From Kofleriaceae bacterium (GTDB lineage Bacteria; Myxococcota_A; Polyangia; Haliangiales; Haliangiaceae): a stretch of DNA of 40,354 bases. The notes under the pieces are model-generated. The model ran no database searches. It was not told the DNA's origin and saw nothing but the letters and a program-made list of their open reading frames with translations. The first letter of the stretch is position 1; each line of letters begins with the position of its first letter. This document shows positions 1 to 7,871 of this stretch, one piece after another. The position numbers and the translations under genes were made by a program. Location: contig JBKJLC010000173.1 of the NCBI GenBank assembly GCA_046597055.1, forward strand, positions 1 to 40,354. Reading direction: 5' to 3'.

Positions 1-2
1 CT

Positions 3-178
3 CTGCCCTTCGACACGGCGCCTTCGGCGCCGGCTCAGGGCCACCGGGAAAGGGTGAGCGCTTTCGATCACATGGAGACTTGTGATCAATCCCGAGCGCT
101 GCCCTTCGACACGGCGCCTGCGGCGCCGGCTCAGGGCCACCGGGAAACGGTGAGCCCTTCCGATCACATGAAGACTTG
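3..178. repeat. REP-like structured repeat cluster A (2 tandem ~96-bp units; may extend beyond the window edge)
   Basis: CTGCCCTTCGACACGGCGCC-T(T/G)C-GGCGCCGGCTCAGGGCCACCGGGAAA starts at 3 and 99 (period 96); same unit recurs at ~3883/3978 and ~34246/34342; lies just beyond the EamA stop. Confidence 0.9.
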
Positions 179-189
179 GGACAGCCCGG

Positions 190-1128
190 TCAGCGGCGGC
201 GGCCGACCACGAGCACGACGGCGGCGATGATGAGCGGGGTGGCGATCAGCGTGGTCGGGCCGATCGTCTCGGCGCCGAGGGCGGCGCCGAGGACGACCGC
301 GATCGCTGGGTTGACGAAGGCGTAGCTGGTGGCGACCGCCGGGCGGGCGTTGCGCAGGAGCCAGGCGTAGGCCGAGAAGGCGATCAGCGAGCCGAAGACG
401 ATCAGGTAGGCGACCGCCCAGACCGCGTCGAACGTGACGTCGGCGGGGTGGGGCAGGCGCTCACCGCGCGCGAGGCCGATGACGACCAAGGCGAAGCCGC
501 CGAGGAGCTGCTGGCTGGCCGCGGCCATCAGGCCGGGGGCCTGGGACAGGCGGCGCGACAGCAGCGAGCCGAGCGCCCACGCGAGGGGCGAGGCACACAG
601 GATCGCGGCGGCGACCGGCGCCGCGGCCATCTCGGCGCCCGAGACCAGGATGCCCACGCCGGCCAGGCCAAGCGCCACGCCCAGCCACTCGCGGCCGCTG
701 GGCCGCTCGCCGGCCAGCGAGGAGAACACCGCCATCCACAGCGGCATGGTCGCGCACACGACCGCGGCGATGCCCGACGACACCTCGGTCTCGGCGATCG
801 CAACGAAGCCGTTGCCGCCGGCAAACAGCAGCACGCCGATGGGCAGCGCGGCCAGCCACTGCCGCGCGGTCGGCCAGGTGGCGCCACGCGCCGCGCTCCA
901 GGCCAGGAGGATGCTGCCGGCGACCGTGAAGCGGATCGAGCCCATCAACATCGGCGGCAGGTGCTCGACCGCGATCCGCATCACGAGGTAGGTCGAGCCC
1001 CACACGATGTACACGGCGGCCATCGCGAGGATCAGGCGCAGGCGACCATCGGCGGCGACCGGCGCGGGCGTCGAGACCGGCGCGACCAGCGGAGCAGAGG
1101 ACGCGAGAGACAGCGATCGCGACGGCAC
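190..1128 (-). CDS. EamA/DMT family drug-metabolite exporter (YedA-like)
   Basis: VYIVWGSTY, RFTVAG, YLIVFGSLIAFSAY and SYAFVNPAIAVVLG motifs; about 10 hydrophobic helices. Start placed at GTG 1128 (uncertain); the track extension to 1392 overlaps the divergent regulator. Confidence 0.9.
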   Translation of the reverse strand: MPSRSLSLASSAPLVAPVSTPAPVAADGRLRLILAMAAVYIVWGSTYLVMRIAVEHLPPMLMGSIRFTVAGSILLAWSAARGATWPTARQWLAALPIGVLLFAGGNGFVAIAETEVSSGIAAVVCATMPLWMAVFSSLAGERPSGREWLGVALGLAGVGILVSGAEMAAAPVAAAILCASPLAWALGSLLSRRLSQAPGLMAAASQQLLGGFALVVIGLARGERLPHPADVTFDAVWAVAYLIVFGSLIAFSAYAWLLRNARPAVATSYAFVNPAIAVVLGAALGAETIGPTTLIATPLIIAAVVLVVGRRR

Positions 1129-1187
1129 GGCCAGCGCAGCTTGGCACGTCGCCGCGCCGCCGGCCGCGACAGACGCGAGGCCGCCAG

Positions 1188-1273
1188 CCAGTACAGATTC
1201 GCAACGGCCAGGCAAAGACCGGTACAGCTGTACGGGTTTCAGCATCCGCCATCTGTGTTGGTCGCCAGTACAT
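1188..1273. promoter_or_regulatory. Putative MocR-family operator repeats in the divergent intergenic region
   Basis: CCAGTACAGAT (1188-1198), perfect palindrome GTACAGCTGTAC (1222-1233), ATCTGTGTTGG (1251-1261, near reverse complement of the first), CCAGTACAT (1265-1273). Confidence 0.55.
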
Positions 1274-1295
1274 GAGGTCGGTACACTGGGCCACC

Positions 1296-2756
1296 GTGGC
1301 CGACGACGCCGACTTCCTCTACGAGCAGCTCGCCACCGAGCTCGGCGACGCGATCGAGCGAGGCGCGCTCCGGCCCGGCGAGCGGTTGCCATCGGTGCGC
1401 CGGCTGGCGGGCGACCGCGCGGTCTCGGTCGCGACGGTAGTTCAGGCCTACGGGGTGCTCGAGGGCGCCGGCCTGGTCGAGGCCCGGCCCAAGTCGGGCT
1501 TCTTCGTGCGTCGGCGCACCGCGGACGGCGACGCGCCGCGGCCGCCGCGCAAGGCGGTGACCGCGACTCGCCCGGCGGTGTCCGACGGCATCGCGCGGCT
1601 GATCACGGCGCTGCGCGATCCCGGCGTGGTCCCGCTGGCGGCCGCGTACCTCGACCCCGACGTGCTGCGGGTGGCGGCGCTCAACCGGATCGCCGCCGCG
1701 ATCGCGCGCGAGGTGACCACGCTCGGCGCGCGCGACGACACCCCGCCCGGGCTGCTCACGCTGCGTCGGGCGCTGGCGCGACGGTCGGTCACCTGGGGCT
1801 GCGCGCTGACCGCGCACGACTTCGTGTGCACGATCGGCGCGACCGAGGCGATCACGCTGGCGCTGCGCGCGGTCGCCCGCGCCGGCGACGCGATCGTGGT
1901 CGAGTCGCCCACCTACTTCGGCATCTTGCAGACCATCGAGGGCCTCGGCATGAAGGTGGTCGAGGTGCCGGCTCATCCGCGCACCGGCATCGACCTGGCC
2001 GCGCTGGCCGATGCGTTGCGGGTGACGCCGGTGCGGGCGATCGTGTGCATGCCGACCGCGGCCAACCCGCTCGGCTCGATCATGCCCGACGAGGCCAAGG
2101 CCGAGCTGTGCGCGCTGGCGGTGCGCCACGATCTGCCGATCATCGAGGACGACGTCTACGGCGAGCTGTGCTTCGATGGCACCCGGCCCCGGCCGCTCAA
2201 GGCGTTCGACCCCGACGGCCGCGTGCTGCTGTGCGGCTCGGTGTCGAAGACGCTGGCGCCAGGCTACCGGGTCGGATGGATCGCGCCCGGTCGCTACCAG
2301 GACGACGTCGAGCGGCTGAAGTTCTCGCAGTCGCTGGCGTGCCCGACGCTCACCAACATGGCGGTCGCCGAGATGCTGGCCTCGGGCGGCTACGATCGGC
2401 ACCTGCGCCGGCTGCGCCACCTGGTGTGCGGCCAGGTCGGTCGCTATCGCGACGAGGTGCTGGCCCGGTTTCCCGACGGGACCCGGGTGTCGGCCCCGCG
2501 CGGCGGCTTCGTCCTGTGGATCGAGCTGCCGGGCGGAATCGACACGCTGGTCCTGCAGGAGCGCGCGCTCGCGCGCGGCGTCGCGATCGCCCCGGGCCCG
2601 ATCTTCTCGGCCCGCCAGCAGCGCTTCACCAGCTGCATCCGGCTGTCGTGTGGCCAGCCGCTCACGCCCCGCATCCTGGGCGCCCTCGATCTGCTCGGCC
2701 ATCTCGCCGCCGACCTCGCCGCGCGCGGCGCGCGCGCGACCCGCGGCACCGCCTGA
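1296..2756 (+). CDS. MocR/GntR-family PLP-dependent transcriptional regulator
   Basis: N-terminal wHTH (LYEQLA..GERLPSVRRLA..VSVATVVQAY..EARPKSGFFV) plus class I aminotransferase domain (IIEDDVYGEL, SVSKTLAPGYRVGW). GTG 1296 preferred over ATG 1272 because TACACT lies 8 nt upstream. Confidence 0.95.
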   Translation: MADDADFLYEQLATELGDAIERGALRPGERLPSVRRLAGDRAVSVATVVQAYGVLEGAGLVEARPKSGFFVRRRTADGDAPRPPRKAVTATRPAVSDGIARLITALRDPGVVPLAAAYLDPDVLRVAALNRIAAAIAREVTTLGARDDTPPGLLTLRRALARRSVTWGCALTAHDFVCTIGATEAITLALRAVARAGDAIVVESPTYFGILQTIEGLGMKVVEVPAHPRTGIDLAALADALRVTPVRAIVCMPTAANPLGSIMPDEAKAELCALAVRHDLPIIEDDVYGELCFDGTRPRPLKAFDPDGRVLLCGSVSKTLAPGYRVGWIAPGRYQDDVERLKFSQSLACPTLTNMAVAEMLASGGYDRHLRRLRHLVCGQVGRYRDEVLARFPDGTRVSAPRGGFVLWIELPGGIDTLVLQERALARGVAIAPGPIFSARQQRFTSCIRLSCGQPLTPRILGALDLLGHLAADLAARGARATRGTA

Positions 2757-2773
2757 CCCCGTCCGGAGACCTC

Positions 2774-3574
2774 ATGCCCCGCACCCTCCCGTACTTCGTC
2801 GTCGACGCCTTCACCTCGCGCCCGTTCGCCGGCAACCCGGCCGCGGTCGTGCCGCTCACCACGTGGCTGCCCGACGCGCTGCTGCAGCAGATCGCGGCCG
2901 AGATGGCGCTATCGGAGACCGCGTTCTTCGCGCCGGAAGGCGACGGCTTCCGCCTGCGCTGGCTGACGCCGGCGGTCGAGGTCGATCTGTGCGGCCACGC
3001 GACGCTGGCGACCGCGCACGTGATCACCGCGGTGCTCGAGCCGGCGCGCGCGGCGATCCGCTTCCACACCCGCAGCGGCGCGCTCGACATCAGCCGCGCC
3101 GACGACCTGCTCACGCTCGACTTCCCGGCCCGCATCGCCGAGCCGGTCGACGATGCCGCGCTGGTCGCCGCGGTCGGTGACGCGCTCGGCGCGCGCCCGG
3201 TGGAGCTGTGGCGCTCGCGCAACCTGATGGCGGTGTTCGCCGAGGCGGCCGCGGTGCGCGCGCTCGCCCCGGACTTCCGGCGGGTTGGCGCGCTGCCGAC
3301 CGAGGGCGTGATCGCGACCGCGCCCGGCGACGGCGGCGTCGACTTCGTGTCGCGCTACTTCACGCCCCAGCACGGCATCGACGAGGACCCGGTCACCGGC
3401 TCGGCCCACTGCACGCTCACGCCGTACTGGGCCGCGCGCCTGGGCCGGGCGTCGCTGTCCGCGCACCAGATCAGCCGCCGCGGCGGCGAGCTGGCGGTGA
3501 CCCTCGCCGGCGAGCGCGTGCGCATGGCCGGACGCGCGGTCCTGATGGCGAAGGGCGAGCTGTACCTGCCCTGA
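2774..3574 (+). CDS. PhzF family isomerase/epimerase
   Basis: VDAFTSRPFAGNPAAV, LSETAF, EVDLCGHATLA, EDPVTGSAH motifs; GGAG RBS at 2765-2768. This is the real part of track ORF 1007..3574. Confidence 0.95.
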   Translation: MPRTLPYFVVDAFTSRPFAGNPAAVVPLTTWLPDALLQQIAAEMALSETAFFAPEGDGFRLRWLTPAVEVDLCGHATLATAHVITAVLEPARAAIRFHTRSGALDISRADDLLTLDFPARIAEPVDDAALVAAVGDALGARPVELWRSRNLMAVFAEAAAVRALAPDFRRVGALPTEGVIATAPGDGGVDFVSRYFTPQHGIDEDPVTGSAHCTLTPYWAARLGRASLSAHQISRRGGELAVTLAGERVRMAGRAVLMAKGELYLP

Positions 3575-3647
3575 CGACGGCTTGCGGGCCGGCAGCGCGG
3601 CGACCTGGAACTCGTTGCTGAACAGGACCTCGGCGGCGACGAGCGTT

Positions 3648-4069
3648 GTCGAAGGGGCCATCTCAGGATCCCGCACAGCTTCCCCGGTGGCCCTGAGCCA
3701 GGGCGAGCGCAAGCGAGCCCGCCGTCGAAGGGCATCCCGTCGAAGATCACGTGCGGCACCTTGGCGCTCTGCCCTCAGGATCCCGCACATGTTCTTCCGG
3801 TGTCCCTGAGCGAAGGCTCGCGCAGCGAGCCGAAGTCGAAGGGCGGCCCGTCGAAGATCGCGTACTGCACCCTGCGCGTCTGGCCCTTCGACACGGCGCC
3901 TGCGGCGCCGGCTCAGGGCCACCGGGAAAGGACAACCCTTTCGATCACCTGGCGAGTTGTGATCAAGCCCGAGCGCTGCTGTTCGACACGGCGCCTGCGG
4001 CGCCGGCTCAGGGCCACCGGGAAAGGGTGAGCACTTCCGATCACATGAAGACTTCGGATCAATCCTGAG
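3648..4069. repeat. REP-like repeat cluster B (2 reverse-oriented + 2 forward units, BIME-like)
   Basis: Reverse cores CCCTGAGC..hairpin..GTCGAAGGGC at 3690-3733 and 3804-3844, each preceded by CTCAGGATCCCGCACA; forward units at 3883 and 3978. Confidence 0.9.
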
Positions 4070-4147
4070 CGGCCATGGTGGGTTCCTGCTGCGCCGGCGG
4101 ATCCGCCGCCACGACCTGGCGGGCGCGGCCGGGCCCGGACCGGACGC

Positions 4148-4294
4148 TGGCTGCGGCGCCTCATCCGGCTGCGCCACGGCAGCCGCGTCGCCTGGCGCGG
4201 CCTGGACGTCTTCCACTTCGACGCGCACGGCAAGATCGCTGGCAAGTTCACCTACGCCAACTACGCTCGCCCGCAGCGCCGGGCCGACCGGTGA
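4148..4294 (+). pseudogene. Start-less 3' fragment resembling a SnoaL/NTF2-like protein C-terminus
   Basis: Frame reads WLRRLIRLRHGSRVAWRGLDVFHFDAHGKIAGKFTYANYARPQRRADR* with host-like codons; no in-frame ATG/GTG back to the stop at 4046-4048 inside the repeats. Confidence 0.5.
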
Positions 4295-4393
4295 ACTGTG
4301 GCACCATGCGCCGGTGCGTCGCGCCGCAGCTGCTGTCTTCTTCGTGCGCGGCTGCCGCCAGGTGCGGTTCGCAGTCATCCCCGCAGGCCGCCG

Positions 4394-6022
4394 ATGATCG
4401 CGCGGACGCCCGCCGGCTCCGACCGGGTCCCGTTCGACGGTGACCGCGAGGTCGAGGTCGATCTCGAGCTCGATGCGCCCGACGACGAGCCGGCGCTGCG
4501 CGCGCTGGTCGCCGACCGACTCGGCGTGCCGGAGCCGGAGCTGCCGCCGATCGAGGTGCGCCGGCGCGCGGTCGATGCGCGTCGCCACCGGGTTCGCTTC
4601 CATCTCACGATCGGCGCCCGTCCATCTCAGCCCCACATGATGGGTGCGCCCCACCCGCGTCAGGTCGAGGGCGAGCCGGTGATCATCGTCGGCGCCGGGC
4701 CGACCGGGCTGTACTGCGCGTACGAGCTGGCGCGCCACGGCATCGCGTCAATCGTGCTCGATCGCGGCAAGCTGGTGCAGGCGCGCCGCCGCGACCTCAA
4801 GGGCCTGACCCAGCACGGCATCGTCGATCCCGACAGCAACTACTGCTTCGGGGAGGGCGGCGCCGGCACCTACAGCGACGGCAAGCTGTACACGCGCGCG
4901 CACAAGCGCGGCGACGTCCGCGACGTGATCGAGATCCTGGCCCGCCACGGGGCGCCGCCCGAGATCCTGGTCGATGCTCGGCCCCACATCGGCTCCAACA
5001 AGCTGCCGCGGGTGATCACCGCGATCCGCGAGGAGCTGACCCTGCACGGCGTCCGCTTCGAGCTGCCGGCGCGCGTCACCGAGCTGCTGGTCGACAGCCG
5101 CGACGGCCGCCGGGCCGCGGTGGGTGTCCGGTTGTCGGACGGTCGCGAGCTGACCGGCCGGGCGGTGGTGGTCGCGACTGGGCACTCGGCGCGCGACGTC
5201 TGGGGCTGGCTGGCCGCCGCCGGGGTCGGGCTCGAGGCCAAGCCGTTCGCGGTCGGCGTCCGCGTCGAGCACCCGCAGCCGCTCATTGACCAGGCCCAGT
5301 ACGGGAAGTTCGCCGGCCATCCCCGGCTCCGCGCGGCCAGCTACCGGCTGGCCCACCAGAGCGACGGCGAGGCCGGCGCGCGCGGCGTGTTCTCGTTCTG
5401 CATGTGCCCGGGCGGGTGGATCGTGCCGGCCTCGACCGAGCCCGATGGCCTGGTCGTCAACGGCATGAGCCTGTCCCGGCGCGACTCGCCGTACGCCAAC
5501 TCCGGGCTCGTGGTCGCGATCGAGCTCGCCGATCTCGAGCGGCTCGGCCTCACCGCCTCGCACGGCCAGCTCGCGGGCGTCGAGCTGCAGCGGCGCCTCG
5601 AGCGGGCGGCGACGGTCGCCGGCGGCGGTGCGCTGCGGGCGCCGGCGACCCGCGTGAGCGATTTCGTCCGGGGCAAGGGCTCGACCACCGTGCCGGACTC
5701 GAGCTACGAGCCCGGCCTGACTGGCACCGATGTCGGCGAGGTGCTGGCCGCGACCGGCCTCGACCTCGCCGCGCGGATGCGCGCGGGCCTGCGCGCGTTC
5801 GGCACCACCCTGCGTGGCTTCGTTGCCGACGACGGCGTGCTGGTCGGCGTCGAGTCGCGCACGTCGAGTCCGGTGCGGGTGCCGCGCGATCCTGAGGCGC
5901 TGGTCAGCCCCGGTCTGGCCGCGCTGTACCCGGCCGGCGAGGGCGCGGGCTATGCGGGCGGCATCGTCTCGGCCGCGATGGACGGCGTGCGGGTCGCGCG
6001 CGCGATCGTACGCGTCGGCTGA
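4394..6022 (+). CDS. FAD-dependent oxidoreductase (uncharacterised dehydrogenase, COG2509-like)
   Basis: IIVGAGPTG Rossmann motif; SNYCFGEGGAGTYSDGKL, ATGHSARD, FCMCPGG, GEGAGYAGGIVSAAMDG. ATG 4394 chosen. Confidence 0.9.
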   Translation: MIARTPAGSDRVPFDGDREVEVDLELDAPDDEPALRALVADRLGVPEPELPPIEVRRRAVDARRHRVRFHLTIGARPSQPHMMGAPHPRQVEGEPVIIVGAGPTGLYCAYELARHGIASIVLDRGKLVQARRRDLKGLTQHGIVDPDSNYCFGEGGAGTYSDGKLYTRAHKRGDVRDVIEILARHGAPPEILVDARPHIGSNKLPRVITAIREELTLHGVRFELPARVTELLVDSRDGRRAAVGVRLSDGRELTGRAVVVATGHSARDVWGWLAAAGVGLEAKPFAVGVRVEHPQPLIDQAQYGKFAGHPRLRAASYRLAHQSDGEAGARGVFSFCMCPGGWIVPASTEPDGLVVNGMSLSRRDSPYANSGLVVAIELADLERLGLTASHGQLAGVELQRRLERAATVAGGGALRAPATRVSDFVRGKGSTTVPDSSYEPGLTGTDVGEVLAATGLDLAARMRAGLRAFGTTLRGFVADDGVLVGVESRTSSPVRVPRDPEALVSPGLAALYPAGEGAGYAGGIVSAAMDGVRVARAIVRVG

Positions 6023-6113
6023 CGGCTGCCCACCGCCGCGGACCGCCGGCGGCGCGCACAGCTACCCGATCGGGCGAGTCGCTGGGCCTCGGGGCGCGAC
6101 TTAGCTTGCGGGA

Positions 6114-6875
6114 ATGTTCGACTGGCTTCGCACCCGCCGTCATCGACGCATCCTGGCCGAGCCGTTCCCGGTCGCATGGGACCGGTACATCGACGAGAAC
6201 GTGCAGCTCGCGCGGCACCTGGATCCGGCGCGGCGCCAGCGCCTGCGCGAGCGGGTGCAGGTCTTCATCGCCGAGAAGCACTGGGAGGGCTGCGGCGGGC
6301 TCGAGTTGACCCAGGAGATGCAGGTCACGATCGCCGCCCACGCGGCCCTGCTCGTGCTCGATCGGGACGATCGCCTGTACCGCGACGTCGACTCGATCCT
6401 GGTGTATCCGTCGACGATGATCGCGCCGCCGCGCCGGCTCGGGCTGTTCGAGCAGCCGAGCGCGCCGATCGCCGACGGCGCGACCCTGCTCGGCGAGGCG
6501 ATGCTGGGTGGCCCGGTACTGCTGGCGTGGGACGCGGTGCTCGCCGGGGGGCGCGAGGAGACCGGCGGCAACGTCGTCCTGCACGAGTTCGCGCACAAGC
6601 TCGACATGGCCACCGGCCGGATCGACGGGAGCCCGCCGCTCGAGCGCAAGGCGGATCGCCAGCGCTGGGCCGACGTGTGCGCGGCCGCGTACGCCAACCA
6701 TCGCGCGTGGGTCGACGCCGGTTGGCCGACGCTGATGAACGCGTACGGCGCCACCAACGAGGCCGAGTTCTTTGCGGTGGCGACCGAGACCTACTTCACG
6801 CGCCCGTGGGACCTCGCCTACGAGCACCCGGCGCTCGCGGCGCTGCTCGCCGACTTCTACCGCGGCCAGCTCTGA
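6114..6875 (+). CDS. MtfA-like zinc-dependent peptidase (M90 family)
   Basis: FIAEKHWEGCGGLELT, ILVYPS, NVVLHEFAHKLD (HExxH), YGATNEAEFFAVATE. Confidence 0.92.
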   Translation: MFDWLRTRRHRRILAEPFPVAWDRYIDENVQLARHLDPARRQRLRERVQVFIAEKHWEGCGGLELTQEMQVTIAAHAALLVLDRDDRLYRDVDSILVYPSTMIAPPRRLGLFEQPSAPIADGATLLGEAMLGGPVLLAWDAVLAGGREETGGNVVLHEFAHKLDMATGRIDGSPPLERKADRQRWADVCAAAYANHRAWVDAGWPTLMNAYGATNEAEFFAVATETYFTRPWDLAYEHPALAALLADFYRGQL

Positions 6876-7234
6876 CGCAGCGCGACGCCGAGGATGCAGC
6901 GACCCCGCCAGCTGATCGGCGGACCGGTCGCGGCGAGCTCCGGTAGGCGCGGCCTGGCAGCGCCTGGCGAAGCGCGGGCGAGCTGTGGAAGAAGACCGGC
7001 GGTGCCAGGAATCGGCTGGTCCTGCTCGGGTGGACGTGATGGCCCGACGTGCCACGGCCGCGATCCAGCAGACGTGGCCCGAGCTCGACTGGACGCCGCC
7101 CGAGCTTCCCGACGTCGATCTGCGCCCACGTGGCCTGGGCCGGCTCGTCGTCGGGCTGGCCCGCAGGTTCGGCAAGTAGGGGTAGCGGCGCAGGCCCAGG
7201 CGCCCACCGTCGGCGCGCGGTCCGGCCGAGGCCG

Positions 7235-7849
7235 CTACGGCACGGTCGTGGTGAAGCTGACCTGCACGTCGGTGGCACCCGGTAACGCCGCGATGCCGTC
7301 GGTCGCGACGGTGGTGGCCAGCGTGCCGGTCTTCACGGCGGTGTCGTTGATCGGGGGCACGTGCCGCAGCGTGACGGTCAGCTGGCCGGTGCCCGTCGCG
7401 GCGACCACCGAGCTGGTGAGGCCGATCGGAAAGCCGTTGGCATCGGTGTCACCGTAGCTGTGCGTCAGCGGCGCACCCGGCCGGTTGCTGGCCGGGCCGT
7501 TCACCGCGGTGCCGGTGAAGAACAGCTGGTGCTCGTCGGACTCGTCGCGGACCTCGTCCGTGATCTCTTCAGGTGGCGTCTCGAGCTTGTTCTGGAAGCG
7601 CACCGTCAGCGCGTAGGTCACGCCGCTGGTGAGGTTGATCGGATCGATCGTCGGCGCGGCGCCGCCGTCGCCATCGAGATCGTCGAACGCGGCGGTCACC
7701 GTGGGGCCGCCGCCGGCCGGCGCGAAGCTCAGCGACACGGTGGTGATGACCTCAGGCTCGGTGACGGCGCCGCCGTCGTCGCCGCAGGCGGCGAGCAGCG
7801 CGAGGGGGCCGACGAGCGCCAGCGTGAACGCCTTCGTGATGAGAGGCAT
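7235..7849 (-). CDS. Lipoprotein partner of the TonB-dependent receptor
   Basis: Lipobox LAAC; EPEVITTVSLSF, DLDGDGG, EITDEVRDESDEHQLFF, DANGFPIGL, VTLRH motifs as in TBDR-associated lipoproteins; 22 bp downstream of the receptor on the same strand. Confidence 0.8.
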   Translation of the reverse strand: MPLITKAFTLALVGPLALLAACGDDGGAVTEPEVITTVSLSFAPAGGGPTVTAAFDDLDGDGGAAPTIDPINLTSGVTYALTVRFQNKLETPPEEITDEVRDESDEHQLFFTGTAVNGPASNRPGAPLTHSYGDTDANGFPIGLTSSVVAATGTGQLTVTLRHVPPINDTAVKTGTLATTVATDGIAALPGATDVQVSFTTTVP

Positions 7850-7871
7850 GATCGGGTCCTTTCGGGTGTAG

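Noticed and set aside
3..178. Repeat clusters (also 3648-4069 and 34246-34470) as CRISPR arrays
   Set aside because: Period is ~96 bp, the intervening sequence is conserved rather than unique, there are only 2-4 units in mixed orientation, and no cas genes are present.
1007..3574. 855-aa ORF as a fusion protein
   Set aside because: The first 589 codons are an Arg/Gly-rich shadow of the MocR gene; only 2774-3574 (PhzF, own RBS) is credible.
6985..7179. 64-aa ORF between mtfA-like gene and the lipoprotein
   Set aside because: No recognisable motif or RBS; may be a remnant but cannot be supported without a search.
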